A stretch of 64,000 nucleotides of DNA from a virus. The position numbers and the translations under genes are program-made. Position 1 is the stretch's first letter. Every line of letters begins with the position of its first letter. This document shows, in pieces, positions 57,654 through 64,000 of this stretch. The stretch covers positions 9,421-73,420 of IMG/VR virus record IMGVR_UViG_3300035685_000003. One strand, given 5' to 3'. The notes under the pieces were generated by a model. That model saw nothing but the letters and a program-made list of their open reading frames with translations, did not search any database and was not told where the DNA came from.

Positions 57654-57827
57654 TTACTTTGAAGGCGGTCGGGTGGTTTTCGCTTTTCCTGGAACTTCAG
57701 CTTTGACTTCAGCCTGCGACCAACCCAAAACCACCGCTAACTCTTCAGGAATTGATTGCAATCCGGGTTGATAAGTTTTGCCCCGCCAGCCTATTGAATA
57801 GGGAACCTGGAACTTAATCAGTACCAT
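57654..57827 (-). CDS. Small protein following the capsid gene
   Basis: TAATG coupling; GKTYQPG motif. Confidence 0.55.
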   Translation of the reverse strand: MVLIKFQVPYSIGWRGKTYQPGLQSIPEELAVVLGWSQAEVKAEVPGKAKTTRPPSK

Positions 57828-58963
57828 TACTTTGTGGGGTCGGGGATGTTCAAAACAGCGATCGCTTCTGGGTCTTGAATGACTGGCAGGATTGTTTGCC
57901 ATCCCTGCATTTCGATCCGGGGTGGTTTGTCGTCTTTGTAGGTGGCACGGTTAGTTACGCCGGGTTTAGCTTCCCCAACGGGTCTACCAATTGCGGTGTA
58001 ACCCAAGGTGTTGTACAGAGGAATGGGTTCCTCGTCACCCAAATCGATCGTCTGATCGCGTCCGGTTTCACACAGGATTACAAAGGCGTTTTCGTCCATG
58101 AACCGTTCACTAGAACCGTCACCATTGAAAAAGCGGAGGTCGTAGGTGTCACACTTGGGAATTTCGTTCTTAGCGAATGCCAAATCAACAACGCCGGATG
58201 TGCCGTTAGGCCCTGACCCTGCTAAATTTCCTTGGATGATTGTGATGCCGCCGCCGTAAGCTTGCACTTTGGGGTGCATAGCTAACCGCATCTTCACTTT
58301 GGTTGAAGTGACGCAACGAGTAGCGATTAAGCCTTTTTCGGTTCTGAGCCAGTTGATTTTCCCAATGATGTCTTCCATTGGGTCGTAACCGTCGTTGTAC
58401 CAACCAGTAGGCAAGCCCACTGTGCCACTGGGGATTGTTACCCGATGTCCTTCAGGGTTTGGCACATTCACTATCTCTTGATAGTTGTTCGCACCTTTAC
58501 GGATTATTTGAGCTTTAACGATTGCATCAGCCCGTTGCTTTTCTCGATATTCAGCAAGCGCTCTGCCGATAGTGCGATCGGTAAAGTTCACAATTTGTTC
58601 TTCTGCTTGCTGCATTGAATCGACATTGTTTTGTCCTAATTTGTCAATTAGGTTGTCGAAAGCTTGTCCAGTAAATTCTGAACCGATGTCGGATTCTCCA
58701 AGTTCTACAAGGAAAGAACCGACCCGTGCGCCACCTTTAATTACTACCGGCGAATAACGAGTGCCGGAGTTAGGCATGACGGTTTTGTAAGCAATTTCTT
58801 CTTCGCGGTACTCATTACGAGTTACGTTTCTTTCGGGAAGAAGTTCACTAAAGTAATATCTGCGAGTTCTTGGTCCGAACTGTAATCTGGGATAGTTGAC
58901 CGTATCAATTAAAACGTTTTCTGCTTTTAATCGCTCTAATAAAGCGCCTACACTTTCTGGCAT
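57827..58963 (-). CDS. Major capsid protein (lambda gpE-like)
   Basis: 378 aa after scaffold and decoration genes; GGAGG SD; C-terminal PP......Q..LPV...P. Confidence 0.8.
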   Translation of the reverse strand: MPESVGALLERLKAENVLIDTVNYPRLQFGPRTRRYYFSELLPERNVTRNEYREEEIAYKTVMPNSGTRYSPVVIKGGARVGSFLVELGESDIGSEFTGQAFDNLIDKLGQNNVDSMQQAEEQIVNFTDRTIGRALAEYREKQRADAIVKAQIIRKGANNYQEIVNVPNPEGHRVTIPSGTVGLPTGWYNDGYDPMEDIIGKINWLRTEKGLIATRCVTSTKVKMRLAMHPKVQAYGGGITIIQGNLAGSGPNGTSGVVDLAFAKNEIPKCDTYDLRFFNGDGSSERFMDENAFVILCETGRDQTIDLGDEEPIPLYNTLGYTAIGRPVGEAKPGVTNRATYKDDKPPRIEMQGWQTILPVIQDPEAIAVLNIPDPTK

Positions 58964-58964
58964 T

Positions 58965-59582
58965 TTAACCTCCCTGCATTGTTTGATAAAGTTCTTTGAT
59001 TTTTGTCAAGACAGCAGGAAGTGCCGTGAAAGGGTAGTCAGGGAGGTAGTTGTAATAAACTAAAGCTTGATGTCTGTAAAGCGTGGCATCGGCGTTGCGG
59101 TTAGCATCGTCAATATCGTAAGCCAGCAGATAAAAGTCATCATGAGCGACTGCGGTTTTTAAAGCCACAGCTACCCCACTCGCCGCCGATGCACCCAACC
59201 CAGCTGTAATTGTCAGAGTGGAATTGAGATCATTAACACCATTAGAGGCAATGGTATAGTCTGCGGTTGCAATGCTGAGAACATCGCCAGCCCGATAGCC
59301 TGAAGTACTGGCAACAGCAAGAATCGTACCGCCACTGGCTACTGCCGCAGTCAGGGTAGTTGCCAAAGTTGTGTTAAGACTGTTGTTGACTGGTTCCCAG
59401 TGGGTGGCATTAGCTCGTCTTCCCAAAAGTACGCCACTAGAGATTTGACGGATACTGTTAGACTCAGCAAATTTATATTTGTTCACTCGCACACCTCCAG
59501 GCAGCAAGCTTTGGCGATCGCCATAATCGCCCATCCATCGAGGCGCGGTATCCCGCGTCCCGGAAAATTCTAATCTAGCCAC
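58965..59582 (-). CDS. Capsid decoration protein with inserted beta domain
   Basis: ISSGVLLGR...LLA.D...ATL...ALVY..YLP; position before the capsid gene. Confidence 0.65.
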   Translation of the reverse strand: MARLEFSGTRDTAPRWMGDYGDRQSLLPGGVRVNKYKFAESNSIRQISSGVLLGRRANATHWEPVNNSLNTTLATTLTAAVASGGTILAVASTSGYRAGDVLSIATADYTIASNGVNDLNSTLTITAGLGASAASGVAVALKTAVAHDDFYLLAYDIDDANRNADATLYRHQALVYYNYLPDYPFTALPAVLTKIKELYQTMQGG

Positions 59583-59658
59583 AATATTTGACCTTGCAAA
59601 ACACGATTGGATTGCTGACCACCAAGGTCTTAGTAGTCCACCAAGGACTTAAAAGTTT

Positions 59659-60396
59659 TTAGACTTTTGCAGTAGGCGTACCGTAGAGATGGCTAAGGGT
59701 TTTATTAACCACATTACCCTTAGCAGTTTCAGATCCTTTCGGGCCACCTTCTGGCAATCTAGGATTAGGAACACCTTGAAATAAGGCTGGCACAAAAGCT
59801 TTCCAGTTAGCATCAGCATATTCTCGCAATTCAGAACGAGTCTCGCCTTCAACTACAAACACTTTTTCGTTTTCTACAACTATTTGATGAGCTTCTTTGA
59901 GCAAAGTTTGTAAAACTTTTGGCTGTGCGCCAGCTAAAGTTGCCGCTTCTGTTACTCCAAGTGATCGCGCCAAAGTCTGCTTTTCAGATTCTAAAGTTGT
60001 CAGCTTTTGAGCATTTTCATTTATCTGAGTTTCCAGACTTGTGACTTTTGTTTGAGCTTCAGTTAGGGACGTTTCGGTTGCTGTGATTTTACCTTTTTCG
60101 GTTTCGAGTTCTGACTTTGCTGATTGCAATTGCTTGTGTAGGTCGCTGGCTTGACTTTTGAGTTCTGTTTCATTGGTTTCTAGAGTTTGGATACGAGTTT
60201 TGTATTGAGCATTTTCAGTACGCAATTGCTCAAGTTCGGTAGCGGCACTGGTTTGTTCGCTGGTTGCACCTTTGAATTTCTGCCGCCAATTCTGAGCTTC
60301 TTTATTCAAGCCAGTAACATGGGTGCGAATCGCTTCGCTCGCATCTTTCCCCCCTTCTTGTTCGTCCAGCCATCCCAGTGCCTGCGTGTAATCCAT
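59659..60396 (-). CDS. Capsid scaffolding protein
   Basis: Long coiled coil; P.LF...P.GG C-terminus. Confidence 0.7.
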   Translation of the reverse strand: MDYTQALGWLDEQEGGKDASEAIRTHVTGLNKEAQNWRQKFKGATSEQTSAATELEQLRTENAQYKTRIQTLETNETELKSQASDLHKQLQSAKSELETEKGKITATETSLTEAQTKVTSLETQINENAQKLTTLESEKQTLARSLGVTEAATLAGAQPKVLQTLLKEAHQIVVENEKVFVVEGETRSELREYADANWKAFVPALFQGVPNPRLPEGGPKGSETAKGNVVNKTLSHLYGTPTAKV

Positions 60397-60818
60397 AACA
60401 AATAAATAGCTAATTATACTTTTTGTTCTTTTATCTTACGGGCGCTTGATTTTACAGATATCGGTGTCAGTACTGAAGTTTTGATTTTTAGCAACTAGTC
60501 TGGATCTCAATCTTGTTCATAAGTTAGAATTGTCCGGTTGGGATCGATTTTATGAGGCTGAACTAAGTTTTATACATTTAGTTCAGTTTCGTAAAATAAA
60601 CTACTCCCGAAATAATCACTCTCGTATTCACAAGTGAACTGATCAAAATTCTGCGATCGCACCTCGCGGAATTTTTTATGATTTACTTCCGTTTGTCAAT
60701 TTTTAAAACTATCTTTATCAGAATTATTATTGATTATTTTCCCAAAATACTTTAATTATTCACTTCCTGAATATCGCTTTTCTTGGGCTTTTTATCGCCT
60801 TTTTGAGTCGAAAAATAA

Positions 60819-60870
60819 TGTTGCAAAGAATCAAAAAGTGTGTTAAGATCAAGATGTAGCAAAGAATCAA
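60819..60870 (+). promoter_or_regulatory. Repeated promoter/operator cassette, copy 4
   Basis: TTGCAA (60821), 17 nt, TAAGAT (60844), then TGTAGCAAAGAATCAA. Confidence 0.8.
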
Positions 60871-60887
60871 TCGGAGTGGATTTAGAG

Positions 60888-61112
60888 ATGGAAGATTTGA
60901 GAAACGAAAAGAAACAAATGGAAGTAAAGGTGGTTAAGAATGAGGTGGGGTGTGCCTGCAAATTAGGTTCAGATTGTCAGGGTGAATTCCACATCGTCCC
61001 TGGAACTAATTGCCACGCTTGTTTATTATGCAGTTATGCGGTTTTGGATGGAGATTTTGTATTCCTTCCGAACCACCCGGAATATGATCCGGCGCATCCA
61101 TTCTTTAATTAA
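60888..61112 (+). CDS. Small Cys-rich hypothetical protein
   Basis: First ORF after promoter 4; followed by a terminator. Confidence 0.55.
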   Translation: MEDLRNEKKQMEVKVVKNEVGCACKLGSDCQGEFHIVPGTNCHACLLCSYAVLDGDFVFLPNHPEYDPAHPFFN

Positions 61113-61119
61113 TTGATAT

Positions 61120-61147
61120 TGGGGGGGTTCGACCCCCTCCCCTTTTT
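61120..61147 (+). terminator. Rho-independent terminator
   Basis: G-run/TTCG/C-run hairpin followed by TTTTT. Confidence 0.6.
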
Positions 61148-61173
61148 AAGCTTTTTACTAATTCCAATGTTCT

Positions 61174-61245
61174 AAAACACCGAGCCTCATGTCTGCATGG
61201 GGTTCGGTGTTTTGGGTGGAATTAATTTTACCCAGATTGCCCATT
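61174..61245 (+). ncRNA. Conserved two-hairpin leader element, copy 2
   Basis: Near-identical to 10506-10575 with compensatory stem changes. Confidence 0.55.
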
Positions 61246-61256
61246 AATAAAGGTTA

Positions 61257-61604
61257 TTGCCGATGTTTGATGGCGTGTTTTATTTAGGTTCCGTTCCAGA
61301 AGATGAGGGATATCAACAATACGGGATTCCTCATTATCACGTTCGGGCGCAGAACGAATCACGAATTTACAAGAAGCAATTGCTTCGCACATTTTTAGTT
61401 CCTAATCCACTGAAGTCCAAAATTAGCTTTGAGCTAAAAGCAGTTACTGGTGAACAATGCATTCATTACGAAATCGTAATTAAGTTCGATGTTACTAATC
61501 AGGCAGCAACTGAGTTTGCTGAAAATGTCAAAGCTAACCGTCCCAAGGAATGGGATGAAAAGTCTATAAAAGACTTGCGAGCTATGCACCTTATCCCTGA
61601 CTAA
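61257..61604 (+). CDS. Hypothetical phage protein, paralog of 10595-10933
   Basis: Shared motifs as listed for 10595-10933. Confidence 0.7.
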   Translation: MPMFDGVFYLGSVPEDEGYQQYGIPHYHVRAQNESRIYKKQLLRTFLVPNPLKSKISFELKAVTGEQCIHYEIVIKFDVTNQAATEFAENVKANRPKEWDEKSIKDLRAMHLIPD

Positions 61605-61687
61605 TTCCAGTTCAGGGGGGCTTTGTCCCCCTGGAATGCTTCTAATTTAAACCTTGGATTTTACTAATTAAAAGGATTGATTGTCGT

Positions 61688-62350
61688 ATGGTACTTTTGA
61701 ACAACGGACAAGTTAAGAAGGAATTGGTTATCGAATCTAGCCAATTTGTTTTAGTGATCACAGCTTCGGATAAAACAGTTCACACACTGGTAATTGATAG
61801 GGTAGAAGACGCTGAAAGTCTTGTTCAGAATTACTTAGATTTGAATGGCTACGCTTGGTGTCAAAGCTTTGTTTTAAATGCTCAGGCACAGCAAGTTGCT
61901 TATATTTCAAATTCAGGAATCCTTTATCCAGGCGATCGCAACTATCAAACTTGGGAACGCAACTTCTGTTTGATAGGACGGTTGTTAGATTTAGTTACTG
62001 GGAAGCGAGTTTGTTCCCCCAGCGACTTACTAATTTTGGAATCGCGTGGATATTCTGAATATGAAGGAAGAACTGAATGTCTCAGGGATGTGCCTACAAT
62101 AGATTTATTGTGTGGCGATTTTGATGAAGCGGTTGCTTTCTCAAAAGTTTATTTGGAGAAGCATCAATTAGGAAAAAGAGATTGGGCTGGTGGTTACGTT
62201 TTTGAGCGAACCAATGGTAAATGTGCAGCTTATGTTTCTTACAGTGGAGAGGTTTTGACTCCAGGCGATCCAGGTTGGACTGACCCACATTTGGTAGACT
62301 CGCCCCTGCAACCTTTGTACTTGCTCATGCATCAAACCCAGGTTGTTTAA
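61688..62350 (+). CDS. Hypothetical protein with internal domain duplication
   Basis: A.....YL.....W....V......AY.S.SG....PGD occurs twice. Confidence 0.65.
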   Translation: MVLLNNGQVKKELVIESSQFVLVITASDKTVHTLVIDRVEDAESLVQNYLDLNGYAWCQSFVLNAQAQQVAYISNSGILYPGDRNYQTWERNFCLIGRLLDLVTGKRVCSPSDLLILESRGYSEYEGRTECLRDVPTIDLLCGDFDEAVAFSKVYLEKHQLGKRDWAGGYVFERTNGKCAAYVSYSGEVLTPGDPGWTDPHLVDSPLQPLYLLMHQTQVV

Positions 62351-62439
62351 GTTGAAAAAACCCTGTTTGAGACAGGGTTAAAATGCTAGTATCTGGGAGC
62401 AAAGATGGTTTTGCTCCCTTCGTAATTATAGTGATAGTT

Positions 62440-63285
62440 ATGGAGCATCAGCTAGTTAGAACTAATCTTGGTTTTGAATGTGAGATTTGCCGTTGGCACT
62501 GGAAAACCAACACCACATTAACACCTTGCCCTGGAGTCGTTCGTTATGAATATGGCAGCCAACCAGAGCATTTAAAGAACTTAACTTATCTCCACAAAAA
62601 GAATTTAAAACCGAAGCCAGGTGTTGACCCCGCCGGAGTAATTTATCTTCAGAAAAAAGGGATTTCCCTTTGGCTGTATGAAGAGAAGGATTGCCAAATA
62701 GCCGATCGCAATTTACCGACTATTTATCAATGGGATGCCCGGCCCGATTTATTCACAGTTGGGGAATTACGAAAGCAGAACTTAGCACCCACCCCAGATA
62801 TTAAACCTGATGGGGTTGCTTGGGTTTGGGACAATGCCGATGAATGGGGAAAATGGATTCCACTTTATCGGATTAGCAGTTGCATCTGGCAACCAAAAGA
62901 TAGCTGGTTGACCAAAAGCGCTTTGAGGGACAAATACTTGTTGTCGCCAAAGTGGATTAAAGAATTGGGTAAGTGCGATCGCAAACTTAAAAACCCACAC
63001 GGGCGCAATGCTGCCCCCATCCAGCTTTATTCCCGCCAAAGGGTTGAAAATTTCCTCGCTGATAGGGCTGAGGCTTATGCTCAGTGGTTGGATAAGCGCG
63101 ATCGCTACATAGCGATCTTTGAGGTAAATCGAGAAAAGATACTTCAATCGCGGAATTTAACCAGGGAGCAAACCGCCAAATGCTTGCAATGTGCGTCTAG
63201 CACCACTACAGAAAATGGTTTCTTTTGCGCGATTCATCCGAAGGGATTGGATTTTATTCCTTGTAGAGATTGGAGTAGCCGATGA
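62440..63285 (+). CDS. Hypothetical Cys-containing protein with XPA-like DNA-binding motif
   Basis: CEIC; repeated L.K.NL.P...PxG; LTKS...KYLL...KNPH...IQLY. Confidence 0.55.
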   Translation: MEHQLVRTNLGFECEICRWHWKTNTTLTPCPGVVRYEYGSQPEHLKNLTYLHKKNLKPKPGVDPAGVIYLQKKGISLWLYEEKDCQIADRNLPTIYQWDARPDLFTVGELRKQNLAPTPDIKPDGVAWVWDNADEWGKWIPLYRISSCIWQPKDSWLTKSALRDKYLLSPKWIKELGKCDRKLKNPHGRNAAPIQLYSRQRVENFLADRAEAYAQWLDKRDRYIAIFEVNREKILQSRNLTREQTAKCLQCASSTTTENGFFCAIHPKGLDFIPCRDWSSR

Positions 63286-63557
63286 CAGGTTTGTTTAGCA
63301 AATACATTATTCAAAAAGCAGATGGATCACCCGTAGATCCTGGCGCTCAATACTTTGTTCTTCGGTTAGACACTGATAAGGCGGCACGAATAGCCATTCG
63401 TGCCTACATCCAAGAATTGAGTGATGAGGATGTTCTTAAACAAGACTTGATCGACTGGATAAAACGCTTGGACGATAACGATTGCAAAAATGCAATGCGC
63501 CGACAAGCCGCTAGGTATGGGGACGGGGCTGCATGGGAGGAGCATGGAAGAAGTTAG
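63282..63557 (+). CDS. Hypothetical phage protein
   Basis: GLF.KY...K.DG...YFVLRLD.D..A..A..AY. Confidence 0.65.
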   Translation: MTGLFSKYIIQKADGSPVDPGAQYFVLRLDTDKAARIAIRAYIQELSDEDVLKQDLIDWIKRLDDNDCKNAMRRQAARYGDGAAWEEHGRS

Positions 63558-63560
63558 AAG

Positions 63561-63576
63561 CAGGAAAATTTTCCTG
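63561..63576. repeat. Dispersed palindrome CAGGAAAATTTTCCTG, copy 7
   Basis: Exact core 3 nt after a stop codon. Confidence 0.95.
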
Positions 63577-63652
63577 CTACTCGACTCTTGGGCTACTTGA
63601 CATATACCCTCGGAGGGTAACAATATTAGAAGTGTAGAGCAAAGGAAAACTT

Positions 63653-63925
63653 ATGATGACTATAGCTCAAACAAAAAAGACAGTTAACAATACAAGTGAC
63701 AAAACACTGTTGAACGATTTAGACTTTGCCAAAACATTGTTGAGTACAGTATTGCCTGACGGGCTTAAAAACAGCCAAGAACAACGCTCAATACTAGCAG
63801 ACACAATTTACTATTTAATCCAATGCCGATTAGATAAGATTTCAAATTGCAATAAACTTTATACCCTTGGAGAATTGTATTTTTATTTGCAAATCCCGAA
63901 AGGTTTTTTAAAGAGTAATGCGTGA
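63653..63925 (+). CDS. Hypothetical protein
   Basis: AAGGA SD; 90 aa. Confidence 0.55.
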   Translation: MMTIAQTKKTVNNTSDKTLLNDLDFAKTLLSTVLPDGLKNSQEQRSILADTIYYLIQCRLDKISNCNKLYTLGELYFYLQIPKGFLKSNA

Positions 63926-64000
63926 TTCAACTACAGTTCAGTTAAGCGCATTAGCACCCAATCTACTACTAGGCGAGTATCCCGATCCTTGTCCTATTTC

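Larger units (their letters stand above)
1..64000. mobile_element. Temperate siphovirus-like prophage or phage-plasmid of a cyanobacterium; both ends lie outside the window
   Basis: Terminase, capsid, tail tube, tape measure, tail fibre, endolysin and repressor-like genes; HIP1 GCGATCGC throughout (e.g. 949, 3768, 5784); no recognisable host housekeeping operon. Confidence 0.9.

Noticed and set aside
1..64000. HIP1 GCGATCGC as a novel repeat
   Set aside because: Well-known cyanobacterial motif; used only as a host indicator

Overview
The window is an internal segment of a large temperate, siphovirus-like prophage or phage-plasmid from a cyanobacterium. The host call rests on frequent HIP1 octamers (GCGATCGC) and an STRR2-type TTGGTCA heptamer array. 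Virion genes lie in separate blocks: terminases (-, 1.8-4.4 kb), endolysin (-, 17.8-18.7 kb), tail fibre and tail tip (+, 32-42 kb), and scaffold, capsid, neck, tail tube, chaperone with a -1 frameshift and tape measure (-, 48-60 kb). Plus-strand accessory or early blocks lie between them, and four copies of one sigma70-type promoter/operator cassette lead these blocks. No portal, integrase or att site is recognisable. The most unusual items are: (1) a packaging-linked cluster of three glutaminase-less asparagine-synthetase-like amide ligases, a ParB-methyltransferase, an ASCH protein and a small leader-Gly15-Rho_N-like peptide, with a CmoA-like gene and two ParB-N genes nearby, suggesting a DNA or virion modification system; (2) a phage DnaN clamp plus about nine accessory proteins carrying QLxLF-type clamp-binding motifs; (3) a PRTRC-type ubiquitin-like cassette; (4) seven dispersed copies of a 16-bp perfect palindrome; (5) a duplicated two-hairpin element with compensatory base changes in front of two paralogous genes. 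All functional calls come from reading motifs by eye; no searches were run.
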